DNA of 64,000 nucleotides from Ruegeria sp. (GTDB taxonomy: Bacteria > Pseudomonadota > Alphaproteobacteria > Rhodobacterales > Rhodobacteraceae): contig JBFOLN010000028.1 of NCBI GenBank assembly GCA_040829945.1, forward strand, positions 5,195 through 69,194, read 5' to 3'. The notes below the pieces were generated by a model that saw nothing but the letters and a program-made list of their open reading frames with translations, made no database searches and had not been told where the DNA came from. Below are positions 46,914 through 57,056 of this stretch, in pieces; position 1 is the stretch's first letter; every line of letters starts with the position of its first letter. The position numbers were made by a program, and so were the translations under genes.

Positions 46914-47300
46914 ATGTTCTATGACCTGAACGTCTTTAAGACAGCGTACGCAATGGCAACCCACGCCGGGCAACGGCAGGCTGTCATCTCGCGCAATATG
47001 GCGAATGCGGATACGCCAGATTACAAACCCCGGGATATCACAGCCTTCCAAACAGCATTTGAGAACACGGGCCGAGAGGTTGCAATGAGTGCGACCCGCG
47101 GGGGTCACTTGAATGGAGACACGCGCCACCAGCCTTGGGCTGAATTCCAAACTACGGCGTCGGGTGATCCGAATGGCAACGGCGTTTCGCTGGAAGAAGA
47201 GATGCTGAAAGCCGTCGAGGTCAAACGGCAGCATGACCGCGCGCTCGCTATTTACCGGTCATCGATAGGCATACTGCGCACCAGTCTGGGTCGGGCTTAA
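46914..47300 (+). CDS. flgB: Flagellar basal-body rod protein
   Basis: N.ANADTP.Y..RD, PNGN.VSLE.EM. Confidence 0.92.
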   Translation: MFYDLNVFKTAYAMATHAGQRQAVISRNMANADTPDYKPRDITAFQTAFENTGREVAMSATRGGHLNGDTRHQPWAEFQTTASGDPNGNGVSLEEEMLKAVEVKRQHDRALAIYRSSIGILRTSLGRA

Positions 47301-47311
47301 GGGGTATTTCG

Positions 47312-47698
47312 ATGAGCGACTTTTCTCACTCTTTGACTGCGTCGGCCAGTGCCCTGCGCGCGCAAGCCTCGCGATTGCGCCACGTTTCCGAGAACATTTC
47401 GAATGCTGATACGCCAGGCTATCGACGCAAGACTGTGCCTTTTGAGACGATCGAGCATGGCGGCAAAGAAATGGTTCAAGCCGGGCGCGTTAAATTAGAC
47501 CGCCGTGATCTGAGCCGGATTTACGAACCTGGTCATCCGATGGCCGATGAGACCGGCCACTATCGCGGATCAAACGTCGATCTGATGATCGAAATCGCCG
47601 ACGCCCGCGAGGCGCAGCGCAGCTACGAAGCCAATCTCAAGATGTTCGATCAGACCCGGCAGATGTCGTCGAGCCTGATGGATTTACTCCGCAAGTAA
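47312..47698 (+). CDS. flgC: Flagellar basal-body rod protein
   Basis: SENISNADTPGY, YEPGHPMAD, SNV...E..D...AQRSYEANL. Confidence 0.95.
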   Translation: MSDFSHSLTASASALRAQASRLRHVSENISNADTPGYRRKTVPFETIEHGGKEMVQAGRVKLDRRDLSRIYEPGHPMADETGHYRGSNVDLMIEIADAREAQRSYEANLKMFDQTRQMSSSLMDLLRK

Positions 47699-47710
47699 AG
47701 GAAAGCCAGA

Positions 47711-48001
47711 ATGGACATCCGATCACTCACTGCCGCCCAGAGTTATGCTGGCGCGCGCCCCGCCACACAGGCCGACCCGGATCATCAGGGGATGGCGCAA
47801 GGGTTGCGATCTACCTTTCAGGATTTCGCCGCAACGCTGAAACACAGCGAACAGGTCGCGCAATCCTCGATGGTTGGGCAAGCTGATCCGCACGCTCTGG
47901 TTCAGGCATTGGCTCAAACGGAACTAGCGGTAGAAACAGCCGTGATCGTCCGAAATAAAGTCGTCGAAGCCTATCAGGAAATCCTACGGATGCCGGTCTG
48001 A
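47711..48001 (+). CDS. fliE: Hook-basal body complex protein
   Basis: C-terminal VRNKVVEAYQEILRMPV. Confidence 0.95.
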   Translation: MDIRSLTAAQSYAGARPATQADPDHQGMAQGLRSTFQDFAATLKHSEQVAQSSMVGQADPHALVQALAQTELAVETAVIVRNKVVEAYQEILRMPV

Positions 48002-48277
48002 ATGATGCTGAGCGAAGGTCTGTTCTATGACATCGTGCGCCAGGCGCTTTGGGTCGCGGTCATTACGTCGGTACCGATCCTTGCGGTGGCATTGATCTCG
48101 GGCCTCACTGTGGGCCTGTTCCAAGCACTGACTTCGGTGCAGGAGATGACGCTGACCTTCGTGCCCAAGCTGATCGCCATCGTCGTCGTGTTCTGGATGT
48201 CGATGGGCTTTATGACCCAGACACTTGTTACGTTTTTCTCCGGGACGCTGATCCCGCTCATTGCCGGAGGTCGCTGA
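48002..48277 (+). CDS. fliQ: Flagellar export protein
   Basis: GLFQALTSVQEMTLTFVPK. Confidence 0.95.
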   Translation: MMLSEGLFYDIVRQALWVAVITSVPILAVALISGLTVGLFQALTSVQEMTLTFVPKLIAIVVVFWMSMGFMTQTLVTFFSGTLIPLIAGGR

Positions 48278-48987
48278 TGGACACCGCCTATGTCACTTTA
48301 TCCCGCCAATCCGGTCTGATGAACGAGATGCGGTTGGTGGCCAACAATATCGCCAACGCCAACACGACCGGTTATCGCCAGCAGGGGCTTGTTTTTTCGG
48401 AATTCGTCCGTGACATGTCAGGCCATCCATCGCTGTCGCAGAGCCGAGCACAGGTGCGCAACACATCGCTCCAACAGGGCGTATTGATCGAAACGGGTGG
48501 CTCCTTCGATTTTGCCATTGAAGGTAACGGGTTTTTTATGATCGAGACGCCTGCGGGGGATCGCCTGACGCGGGCAGGAAGCTTCTCTCCCAATGCTGAA
48601 GGTGACTTGGTTACGATGGATGGGCATCGGGTACTGGACAGCAGTGGCGCGCCTGTCTTTATCCCGCCAGATGCCGCAACCATCGATGTGGGCAGTGATG
48701 GTACGATGAGCGTCGGCGGCCAGATCCTGGGTCAGATCGGTGTTTATGGGGTCGCTGATCCGCAAAATCTGGTGCGCGAAGGCAGCACGTATTTCCGCCC
48801 CAGTGGGCAGGTGGAGCCGCTGGATGAGCCGGTGCTGCTGCACCGTTTCCTGGAAGGCTCGAACGTGAATGCCATCGATCAGGTTACCCGGATGATCGAA
48901 ATTCAACGAGCATACGAACTCGGCCAGAGCTTTCTTGAGGCCGAAGATGAACGCGTTCGCGGGGCGCTCAAGGCGCTGATGCGCTGA
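48277..48987 (+). CDS. flgF: Flagellar basal-body rod protein
   Basis: ANNIANANT.GY, DFAIEG.GFF, TRAG.F, LEGSNVN; TGATG-coupled to fliQ. Confidence 0.92.
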   Translation: MDTAYVTLSRQSGLMNEMRLVANNIANANTTGYRQQGLVFSEFVRDMSGHPSLSQSRAQVRNTSLQQGVLIETGGSFDFAIEGNGFFMIETPAGDRLTRAGSFSPNAEGDLVTMDGHRVLDSSGAPVFIPPDAATIDVGSDGTMSVGGQILGQIGVYGVADPQNLVREGSTYFRPSGQVEPLDEPVLLHRFLEGSNVNAIDQVTRMIEIQRAYELGQSFLEAEDERVRGALKALMR

Positions 48988-49008
48988 TCACCTGAAGGAG
49001 AAAACCAC

Positions 49009-49794
49009 ATGCGTGCTTTGAAAATCGCGGCAACGGGCATGACCGCGCAGCAAATGCGGGTCGAGACGATTTCGAACAACCTCGCCAACATGAATACCAC
49101 AGGCTATAACACGCGCCGGGCTGAATTCGCAGATCTGCATTATCAACAGATGGCGCGCGCTGGTGCGGTAAATGCCTCGGACGGGACGGTCCTTCCGACA
49201 GGTATACAGTTGGGCTTGGGGGTGCGGCCCGCTGCGGTTACCGTTCATTTGGAACAGGGCGGGCTTTCGGCCACCGGCAGTGATCTGGATGTCGCCATTG
49301 AAGGTCGTGGTTATCTTGAGGTCACGTTGCCCATTGGTCAGTCTGCCTTTACACGCGACGGAAGCCTGAAGCGTTCGGCCGAGGGCCTAATCGTGACGTC
49401 TGACGGCTTTGCTGTCGCCCCCGAAATCACAATTCCGGACGACGCCAGATCGATCTCGATCAATGCCGCGGGCGAGGTGTATGCTTACTTCGACGATACC
49501 GCCGAGGGGCAGTTGCTGGGTGAATTTACGCTCGCCAGTTTCTCGAACGCCAAAGGTCTTGAGGCGGTAGGCAGCAATCTGTTCAAGGAAACCGAGGCTT
49601 CGGGAGCGCCTATCGTCGGCACCCCGGGCGAGGACGGGCTAGGGACTCTACGGCAGGGCTATCTTGAGGACAGCTCGGTCGACGCGGTGCGCGAGGTTAC
49701 GGAACTGATCGAAGCGCAGCGCGGTTACGAGATGAACGCCAAGGTCATTTCCGCCGTCGATCAGATGATGGGCGCTACCACACAGGTGCGGTGA
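49009..49794 (+). CDS. flgG: Flagellar distal rod protein
   Basis: ISNNLANMNTTG, EF.DL.YQ, TRDG, LIEAQRGYEMNAK. Confidence 0.96.
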   Translation: MRALKIAATGMTAQQMRVETISNNLANMNTTGYNTRRAEFADLHYQQMARAGAVNASDGTVLPTGIQLGLGVRPAAVTVHLEQGGLSATGSDLDVAIEGRGYLEVTLPIGQSAFTRDGSLKRSAEGLIVTSDGFAVAPEITIPDDARSISINAAGEVYAYFDDTAEGQLLGEFTLASFSNAKGLEAVGSNLFKETEASGAPIVGTPGEDGLGTLRQGYLEDSSVDAVREVTELIEAQRGYEMNAKVISAVDQMMGATTQVR

Positions 49795-50207
49795 TGCGGC
49801 TTTTGATCTTGTTTCTGTGTTTGATCCCATTAGCAACGATGGCTGAGGTCGTTGTTCCGACCCGTACGATCCGAGCCAAAGAGGTCATCGCGGCATCAGA
49901 CCTAGAATCTAAAGATGGTGAAGTCGCAGGTGCGGTTCGCGACCCAAAGATGCTGATAGGTCAGGAGGCACGTATTGCGCTATACCCGGGTCGGCCAATC
50001 CGTCCTTCAGACGTCGGGCCGCCCGCCATCGTGGATCGAAACGATCTGGTCACGCTGGTGTTTGACCGCATTGCGCTTTCCATCACCGCCGAAGGCCGCG
50101 CGCTGGGCCGTGGTGCAGCCGGTGAGCGTATCCGCGTCATGAATCTAGCGTCACGCGCAACAGTAACGGGCGTTATTCGTCCGGATGGTCAAATCGAGGT
50201 CAAATGA
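49794..50207 (+). CDS. flgA: P-ring assembly chaperone
   Basis: SAF domain; V.R...V.L, GRAL..G..GE.IRV.N..S. Confidence 0.88.
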   Translation: MRLLILFLCLIPLATMAEVVVPTRTIRAKEVIAASDLESKDGEVAGAVRDPKMLIGQEARIALYPGRPIRPSDVGPPAIVDRNDLVTLVFDRIALSITAEGRALGRGAAGERIRVMNLASRATVTGVIRPDGQIEVK

Positions 50208-50938
50208 TGCCGAGCCTTTCAAAACCCCTGCTATTTGTCGTTCTGAGTGTTGCGGCCTGCGGCCGGCTGGATCATCTTGGCAAGCCGCCCAGCCTGACAC
50301 CAAATACGGAATCGCCCGAGCATGTTGCAATGCTGTGGCCTGGGCTTCCACTACATAGCCAGCCGCAGAGGACTGTTGACCAATCGTCGTTGTGGAGCGG
50401 CGGGCAGCACTCGCTGCTTGGAGATCAGCGCGCTATGAAGAAAGGTGACATTCTGACCGTCGTGATCGAATTGGATGAAAAGGCCGAAATATCCAACGAC
50501 ACCAACCGTTCACGTGCAGGGTCTGAAAGCCTTGCAGTGCCGGAGTTGTTTGGCCTGCCACAGCGCGCGGACGAACGCTTGCCAGAAGGGGCCTCACTTG
50601 AAGAGGCGGTATCGATTGATTCCGCTTCAGTCAGCACAGGAAAAGGCTCGGTCAAACGCAAAGAAAAACTGACACTTCGTGTCGCCGCGACTGTAGTTGA
50701 CGTACTTCCTAACGGGGTGCTGTCGATCTCTGGGTCGCAGGAGTTGCGAGTAAACTTCGAACTCAGGGAGCTGTTGGTCGCGGGCTACGTCCGACCTGAA
50801 GATATCTCGCGTCAAAACGAAATCACCTATGACAAGATCGCGTCGGCGCGTGTGTCGTACGGTGGTCGTGGTCAGATCACGGATGTGCAGCAACCGCGGT
50901 ATGGGCAGCAGATACTTGACACCTTGCTGCCGTTCTGA
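50204..50938 (+). CDS. flgH: Flagellar L-ring lipoprotein
   Basis: Lipobox VAAC; D.RA...GDILTV, VLPNG.L.I.G, G.VRP.DI, ARVSYGG.G. Confidence 0.95.
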   Translation: MMPSLSKPLLFVVLSVAACGRLDHLGKPPSLTPNTESPEHVAMLWPGLPLHSQPQRTVDQSSLWSGGQHSLLGDQRAMKKGDILTVVIELDEKAEISNDTNRSRAGSESLAVPELFGLPQRADERLPEGASLEEAVSIDSASVSTGKGSVKRKEKLTLRVAATVVDVLPNGVLSISGSQELRVNFELRELLVAGYVRPEDISRQNEITYDKIASARVSYGGRGQITDVQQPRYGQQILDTLLPF

Positions 50939-50949
50939 GGGCTGAGCTG

Positions 50950-51444
50950 ATGGGGAAGTTGTTACCAATCGTTTTTATGTTACTCGGTCTTGCTGTTGGT
51001 GTGGGGGCTGGGATGGTATTGGCCCCTTCCGGGAAAACTGACGATCATAAAGAGGCTGGACAGGAAACTAAGGCAGATAAGTCGGACAAGTCCAAATCTG
51101 GCAAGGGTGGCGGATCGGAAGTTCATGAGTATCTCAAGCTCACAAAGCAGTTCGTGGTGCCCGTTGTAACCGAGGACGAGATATCGGCGCTGGTGACCAT
51201 GTCTCTTAGTCTTGAGGTGCGTCCAGGGATCGCCGAAGCCTTTTACGAGATCGAGCCGAAGCTAAGGGATCGTTTTCTACAGGTCTTGTTCGATCATGCC
51301 AATATCGGCGGGTTCGACGGGGCCTTCACCCGGTCAGACAATCTTGCGGCGTTGCGCCAGGCATTGTTGGAAGTAGCGAGAAAGGATTTGGGTCAGGATG
51401 TCTCGCAGGTCCTGATTATGAGCGTCAGTCGCCAGGATACTTGA
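50950..51444 (+). CDS. fliL: Flagellar basal-body-associated FliL family protein
   Basis: N-terminal TM, FVVP, P.LRD.FL; position within the cluster. Confidence 0.75.
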   Translation: MGKLLPIVFMLLGLAVGVGAGMVLAPSGKTDDHKEAGQETKADKSDKSKSGKGGGSEVHEYLKLTKQFVVPVVTEDEISALVTMSLSLEVRPGIAEAFYEIEPKLRDRFLQVLFDHANIGGFDGAFTRSDNLAALRQALLEVARKDLGQDVSQVLIMSVSRQDT

Positions 51445-51479
51445 ACCCCTTCTGCTTGTGTTCAAGCAGACATCGGTGA

Positions 51480-51869
51480 TCACGCTTTATGGGATATGGA
51501 TTGCGCCCTGCGTCGCCTGCGTTCCTGCAGGTGAAGCGATAGATCAGCGATGGCTTGCTTGCGTCCGAACGCCTCGCGCAGGTTATCCATCGCCGCAAGC
51601 TTTTGCGATCGAAGTCGCGCCAGTTCCGTGTTCAGGCTCCGCCGTGTGGTTGCTTCCCAACTGTTCCACAACACGTCAGCTCCGGTAACATGGTAGCCGT
51701 CCTCCGGCGTAATGGCTGACTTCACTTCTGCCAACTGAGTGTCCAGCCGAGCCAGTTGTTGAAGGAGTTGGGCTTCACGCTGCAATAATGGGCGGAGTTT
51801 TTGATGTTCCCGTTGGAATACGGCCTCGGCCACAGTCGAAAGATCGCTCATCCTGTCGTGTGTCATCAA
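51480..51869 (-). CDS. Helical hypothetical flagellar-cluster protein (FliJ-like?)
   Basis: 129-aa coiled-coil ORF overlapping the flhB stop. Confidence 0.65.
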   Translation of the reverse strand: MMTHDRMSDLSTVAEAVFQREHQKLRPLLQREAQLLQQLARLDTQLAEVKSAITPEDGYHVTGADVLWNSWEATTRRSLNTELARLRSQKLAAMDNLREAFGRKQAIADLSLHLQERRRRRAQSISHKA

Positions 51870-52951
51870 ACCTGCCCCCTTGCCCTCTTGCGCATGGCTT
51901 CGGCAAACCGAATTGCGGCAGCAACGGGGCGATAATGCTCTTCTGCAATTTCCTGCCCGATCTCGACCGTGGCGTGCAAAGCCCGCGCGGTTGGCGGGTC
52001 AGAGTGAATGGGAACGCCCGCATCTCCGGCAGTTGCGCGGATCGTTGCAGCGACTTCGTCGACGCCTTTGGCAACGCAAACCGGTGCGCTTCTGGTTGCG
52101 CGCGACCACTTCAATACGACCGCGTAGTGCGTCGGATTGACGATCACGACATCTGCCTTGGGTACATCGGCCATCATTTGGTTGGTGGCGATGTCCTGCG
52201 CGCGCTGGCGGCGCTGTTGTTTGACATGCGGGTCGCCTTCGGAATCTTTGGTCTCGTCCTGGACTTCTTTGCGCGACATTCTGTTTTTGCGCATATGTTC
52301 AGCATGCTGCCACAGATAGTCGATAACGCCGATTGCCAATGCAATCGTAATGACGATGAACAGAAAGCGGGTAAGCAAATTCATCATCAATAGGATGGAG
52401 GACCGCGCGGGCGCGGCACTGGCTGTCAAAATCTCGGGCAGGTTTGCACGCAGAAACAATGCAAGGCAGGTGCCATAGATCAGCAATTTCACAAGGCTCT
52501 TGGCGAATTCGAACAGGCCACCCCGGCCAAATTTGTTCTTTGCATTCGAGAGGATCGAGATGCGCGAGGCCCGAGGCTTGAGCTTGTCCGGCGCAAAGAT
52601 CAGTGCGCGTTGGGCAATCAGGCTCAGCAATACCGCGGCAGCCGGAACAACGAACAATGTGGCGATTGGAATTAGTGTCGATTTCAATATGCCTGCCACG
52701 GTAGATGTCGCTGGTCCGGCGATCAGCAAAGGTGCGAACTGGTCTGACTGATCGATCAGCACAACAAACAAGGTGCCGAACTGTTGCGCCATGTATTGGC
52801 CTGCGACCAACAGGGCGGCGAGCAACCCGGCATAAGCGGCCACCACCGACAGATCATTGGATTTGGCCACCTCGCCCTTTTTGCGAGCCTTCTCCAATTT
52901 TTGTGGAGTCGCTTCGTAGGACTTGTCGCTGTCATCGTCTGCTGCACTCAT
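51866..52951 (-). CDS. flhB: Flagellar export switch protein
   Basis: TP.KL.KAR.KG, EGDP..K, NPTH autocleavage motif, AKGVD. Confidence 0.96.
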   Translation of the reverse strand: MSAADDDSDKSYEATPQKLEKARKKGEVAKSNDLSVVAAYAGLLAALLVAGQYMAQQFGTLFVVLIDQSDQFAPLLIAGPATSTVAGILKSTLIPIATLFVVPAAAVLLSLIAQRALIFAPDKLKPRASRISILSNAKNKFGRGGLFEFAKSLVKLLIYGTCLALFLRANLPEILTASAAPARSSILLMMNLLTRFLFIVITIALAIGVIDYLWQHAEHMRKNRMSRKEVQDETKDSEGDPHVKQQRRQRAQDIATNQMMADVPKADVVIVNPTHYAVVLKWSRATRSAPVCVAKGVDEVAATIRATAGDAGVPIHSDPPTARALHATVEIGQEIAEEHYRPVAAAIRFAEAMRKRARGQV

Positions 52952-53721
52952 CTCGATCCCCCAAGCGGGTTTTGTAGAAAGCCGAGCAGAGCATCAGACC
53001 AGACCGAAAGGATGAGGGGAGTTCCGGCGAATAGCAGAAACAGGCCTGCAAAGGTAATTGCGGGAGCGCCCACAAAAGCCACCATGAGTTGCGGCATTGC
53101 GCGGTTGATCACACCCAGCGCGAGATTGTAGATCAGAGACGCAATCACAAATGGCATCGCTAGGACAAGGGCCAGCCCAAAGCTGCGTGAGACCTGAGTG
53201 ATGCCCCAAAAGGACAGATCCGGTGCCAAGGGCAACGTACCCATTGGAAACAGCATGTAGCTGTGGATCATGAATTGCGCGGCGCGAATGTGAAGCCCCA
53301 GCAACACCGCCAGCGCCAACCCCGCAAGCGTTAGCAGGTACCCCATGGCAGGGACGGGCTCAGCCGCTGCCCCACCAAGGATCTGCGACAACGAAGTGGC
53401 CTGTGCTGCAATGGATCCTGCAGTTTGTAGTGCAAGGACAAACAGGCGTAGCCCGATACCCAGAACCAGGCCGACTAGAACTTCGGTGCCGATTAGGCCC
53501 ACCATGCGTGGAAAATCCGGCGAAACTACCGCTGTAGGAATTGCAGGTGCGACAATCATCGTGAACGCCACTGCCAAACCAAGTTTGACCCGCACCGGGA
53601 TGCTGCGTTCGCCAAACGCGGGTAGCAGCGAAACCAATGCAGACACCCGCAGGAATACGGCAAACAGATGCCACATATTGTGTCCCAGAAGCGGCAAAAA
53701 CTCGGCGGGGACTGTGATCAC
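52948..53721 (-). CDS. fliR: Flagellar export protein
   Basis: P.F.....P.R.K, E.L.G...G, LG.INR.MPQL....VG.P. Confidence 0.93.
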   Translation of the reverse strand: MITVPAEFLPLLGHNMWHLFAVFLRVSALVSLLPAFGERSIPVRVKLGLAVAFTMIVAPAIPTAVVSPDFPRMVGLIGTEVLVGLVLGIGLRLFVLALQTAGSIAAQATSLSQILGGAAAEPVPAMGYLLTLAGLALAVLLGLHIRAAQFMIHSYMLFPMGTLPLAPDLSFWGITQVSRSFGLALVLAMPFVIASLIYNLALGVINRAMPQLMVAFVGAPAITFAGLFLLFAGTPLILSVWSDALLGFLQNPLGGSR

Positions 53722-55802
53722 GCGGGAACCGTGCCAACCAAAGCGGGTCGCGCCTCAAGCCCGATTTCCTCGAAGGAAAGAACCGGGTTTGCGACGCCGC
53801 GCGCGTGCATGATTGTTCGTAACAACCGGCGTCGTCTAGTCGATGTCACGACGGCTGGGAACAGTCCGTGATCAGCCGACTTTGACACGCTGTCGACGAC
53901 ACCATCGGCCAGCTTGTTGAAAAGGTTGGGCGGTAGCGCCACGTCCATGCCAGTATTGGGTGCATCGATCTGATAGGTGGCAAAGGTGTCCTCCCATTCC
54001 GGCGCGAGCTGGATCAGAGGGATCGAACCGTCCTCGCGCTTCATGTCGGCGACTAGTTGAAATCCCAGCCGTTGACGCACCAGTTCGCAAATTCCTTCAG
54101 GTTGAGTTGTGGTCATGCGCGCCTCGGCCACGCTTTCAAGGATCAGCGCCACGTTGCGGATTGAAACCCTTTCATCGAGCAATAAACGCAAGACGGCGTG
54201 CAGCGTATCGATCGGCACTTTGTCGGGTATCAGCTCGTCCAACAGCTTGCGGTTGGCTTCGGCCCGGGTCGGATCGCTGAGCCGTGTCATCTCGGACAAA
54301 AGGCGCCGCAGGGACTTCAGTGTCAGCAGGCGTGAGAAATTCTGTTTGATGATCTCAAGCAGATGTGTTGCCAGAATTTCGGGTGGCGTAACGATGGTGG
54401 CCCCGTTCAGCGCGGCGGTCTCTTGATCCTTGGGCAATATCCAGCGTGCGGGTGCGCCGTAGACTGGCTCGGTCACATCAGTGCCGTCCGGCAGAAAGTC
54501 GTGCCCGTCCTGCACCAGCGCCAGCACAAGCTCGGAGTTCAGAACGCCGCGTGCCTGTTCAACCCCGTGCACCTTGATCACGTAGGTTCCGGTTGGCAGA
54601 TCAGCGCGGTCGGTCAACCGGATTTCAGGCAGGATCAGGCCAAAGCTTGAGGCGACATAGGTCCGCATATTGGCGATCCGCGCATCCAGGCCGGTGCCGG
54701 GGTTCAGCACCATGCTGACAAGGTCAGGCGCGAATTCGAGATGTACATCATCAAGGTCCAGAATGTCACCGATGGCCTGTGAGACGGGCGTTTCAGCGTC
54801 GACTGCGGGAGGTTTGGCCTCGGTTTCGGCATTGCGTTTCCTGAGCCCGGAGTAGGCCGCATAGCCCAGTACCCCGGCCCCCAGAATGAAGGGTAGAAAC
54901 GGCAATCCGGGTACCAGCGCGAACAGCACCATTAGAACCGCGACGGTTCCCAGCGCTGCGGGGTGCCGTCCGAGTTGTGAGAAGATAGCATTGTCCGTCG
55001 CGCCTTGCGTACCACCGCGCGCCAATAACAGAGCTGAGGCGATTGAGATGATCACCGCAGGTATCTGCGACACCAATCCGTCACCGACGGTCAGTATAGC
55101 GTAGGTTTCAAAGGCAGATGATACCGGCATCCCGTGCACGATGACGCCCATCACCAATCCCATCACGAGGTTGAGGAGCGTGATCAGCAACCCTGCAATC
55201 GCATCGCCTTTGACGAATTTCGATGCCCCGTCGAGAGAGCCGAAAAAGGTGGTTTCCTGCTGTTCACGCTCGCGCCGTTCCTTGGCCTGTTGGTGATCGA
55301 TGGCGCCGGCAGACATATCACTGTCGATGGCGAGCTGTTTGCCCGGCATCCCATCCAACGCGAACCGAGCGCCGACTTCGGCCATACGGGCCGCGCCCTT
55401 TGTAATGACCATGAAGTTCACAATCAGCAAAACGCCGAACACGACGAGACCCAGAAAGATGCTGCCGCCCATCACGAACTGGGCAAAGCCTTCGATCACG
55501 TCGCCAGCCGCATTGGTGCCGGTATGCCCCTGACCAATGATCAGCTTGGTCGAGGACACGTTCAGCGACAAGCGCAGCATCAGCGAGGCCAGCAGAATGG
55601 TCGGAAAGGATGAGAAATCCAGCGGCCGCTCGATAAACAAGGTCAGCGTAAAGATCAGGATTGCCAGTGCAAACGAAGCCGCCAGCCCAACATCCAATAC
55701 CCAGGCTGGCATGGGCAGGATCATCATCACAATGACTGCCATCAGCGCCAGAGCTAGCAGCACAGTAGGTGAGAACAGGGTGCGGGGATCGATGCGGGGC
55801 AC
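53718..55802 (-). CDS. flhA: Flagellar export gate protein
   Basis: RMAEVGARFALDGMPGKQLAID, FFGSLDGASKFVKGDAIAG, GDGLVSQIP. Confidence 0.97.
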   Translation of the reverse strand: MPRIDPRTLFSPTVLLALALMAVIVMMILPMPAWVLDVGLAASFALAILIFTLTLFIERPLDFSSFPTILLASLMLRLSLNVSSTKLIIGQGHTGTNAAGDVIEGFAQFVMGGSIFLGLVVFGVLLIVNFMVITKGAARMAEVGARFALDGMPGKQLAIDSDMSAGAIDHQQAKERREREQQETTFFGSLDGASKFVKGDAIAGLLITLLNLVMGLVMGVIVHGMPVSSAFETYAILTVGDGLVSQIPAVIISIASALLLARGGTQGATDNAIFSQLGRHPAALGTVAVLMVLFALVPGLPFLPFILGAGVLGYAAYSGLRKRNAETEAKPPAVDAETPVSQAIGDILDLDDVHLEFAPDLVSMVLNPGTGLDARIANMRTYVASSFGLILPEIRLTDRADLPTGTYVIKVHGVEQARGVLNSELVLALVQDGHDFLPDGTDVTEPVYGAPARWILPKDQETAALNGATIVTPPEILATHLLEIIKQNFSRLLTLKSLRRLLSEMTRLSDPTRAEANRKLLDELIPDKVPIDTLHAVLRLLLDERVSIRNVALILESVAEARMTTTQPEGICELVRQRLGFQLVADMKREDGSIPLIQLAPEWEDTFATYQIDAPNTGMDVALPPNLFNKLADGVVDSVSKSADHGLFPAVVTSTRRRRLLRTIMHARGVANPVLSFEEIGLEARPALVGTVPA

Positions 55803-55811
55803 AATTGGCTC

Positions 55812-56498
55812 CTAATTGAAAACGATGAAGGCGGTGGCGGGGCCGCTTCTTGGAACCAGTGATCCGAGCGTATTCTGATCCAAGGGATGTGCGTTCGATG
55901 GGATCAGCGGGCCGGCAGAGGCAGTGAAGGGATCTCGATCACTGCTTATGTTTGAACCGCTCAATTGCGCCAATACGGTCTGAAAGCGGTCGGAATAAGT
56001 TGCTGCATGGTGCTGCGTGCGCGAATGATAAGCTCCGGCAGCGGCGGGCCACGATCCGAGTTCCGCATAAAGCTCGGCCAGAAATCGCGCGGCGTAGGCC
56101 GCGTTTTCATTAGGATCAAACATCGCGTCGATGGAGCGAAAGGCTTTGCCGTGCCAACGGTAATTAATCTGAAAGCAACCGACATCAAAGCTGCGCGCAC
56201 CGGATTTGAAGATGTCGAAAACGTATGATTTTGCCTCAACTGCTGATGCAAACCAATACCCTTTGCCTTCGCGATTGACGGTCCAGGGCCAGGGTTCCAG
56301 TGTACCATTTTGAACGCGACCAGTTTCCACCCGGGCAATCGCCCTGAGAACGTCCAGTGGAACGCCTTCGGCAAGTGCAGCACGCTGGGCGGCACGATCA
56401 CACAGCGCGGCCGTCTCGGCACTGGACCTTGCATAACAGGCCTGTGCCAGAAGAGCATGCGCCAGAAGCGCTGTAAAAAGGAGTTTTTGAATTGGCAT
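55812..56498 (-). CDS. Flagellar lytic transglycosylase (SltF-like)
   Basis: AIARVET catalytic Glu, PWPW, DVGCFQIN, GAYHS. Confidence 0.88.
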   Translation of the reverse strand: MPIQKLLFTALLAHALLAQACYARSSAETAALCDRAAQRAALAEGVPLDVLRAIARVETGRVQNGTLEPWPWTVNREGKGYWFASAVEAKSYVFDIFKSGARSFDVGCFQINYRWHGKAFRSIDAMFDPNENAAYAARFLAELYAELGSWPAAAGAYHSRTQHHAATYSDRFQTVLAQLSGSNISSDRDPFTASAGPLIPSNAHPLDQNTLGSLVPRSGPATAFIVFN

Positions 56499-56548
56499 TC
56501 TGCCGGTCCGGGATTCTAATCAGTCCAGGCCAAGCTAGCCAATCATCA

Positions 56549-56564
56549 GTTTACAGAGAGTTAG
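56549..56564. promoter_or_regulatory. Degenerate CtrA box upstream of sltF-flhA
   Basis: Minus strand CTAA-CTCTCTG-TAAAC. Confidence 0.4.
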
Positions 56565-56570
56565 CGCGTC

Positions 56571-56999
56571 TCAGTTTCGGTCGATCTTCCGCCCGAAAAC
56601 TACGCTGGTGTTGGTGCGCAGCACTCCGGGGACACGTGCGAGCTCATCGACCAGAATGTCGAGGTCTTCGATCCGTGGTGCTTCGGCTGAAAGCAGCAGG
56701 TCGAACTCGCCATTGATCGACAGGCACAGTTTGACCTCGGGATAAGCTTCGAGCCGTTTGATGATGCGAGTGGTCTCTTTCTGTTGAACTTCCAACAGCA
56801 CGATAATCTGAACACGGGGCGTGTCTTCGGTTTCGCGCAGGACTACGGAGTAGCCCGCGATAACGCCACGCTCTTCCATCCGATTTATACGTTCGTGCAC
56901 CGTGGTCCGGGCGACGCCAAGAGTATTGGCGATGCGGGTCGTCGAGTCGCGCGCATTGTGCTGCAAGGCGGCGATGATGCGTCGATCAAGCTGGTCCAT
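56571..56999 (-). CDS. Lrp/AsnC family transcriptional regulator
   Basis: MD.LDR.I...LQ.NAR, HTH, GVI.GY, G.FD; ATG 56999. Confidence 0.93.
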   Translation of the reverse strand: MDQLDRRIIAALQHNARDSTTRIANTLGVARTTVHERINRMEERGVIAGYSVVLRETEDTPRVQIIVLLEVQQKETTRIIKRLEAYPEVKLCLSINGEFDLLLSAEAPRIEDLDILVDELARVPGVLRTNTSVVFGRKIDRN

Positions 57000-57056
57000 T
57001 CGGGCTCCGGGTTCGGGCAATGTTTGTCTCGGTTTATGGCAGTTTGGTGCCCGGGC

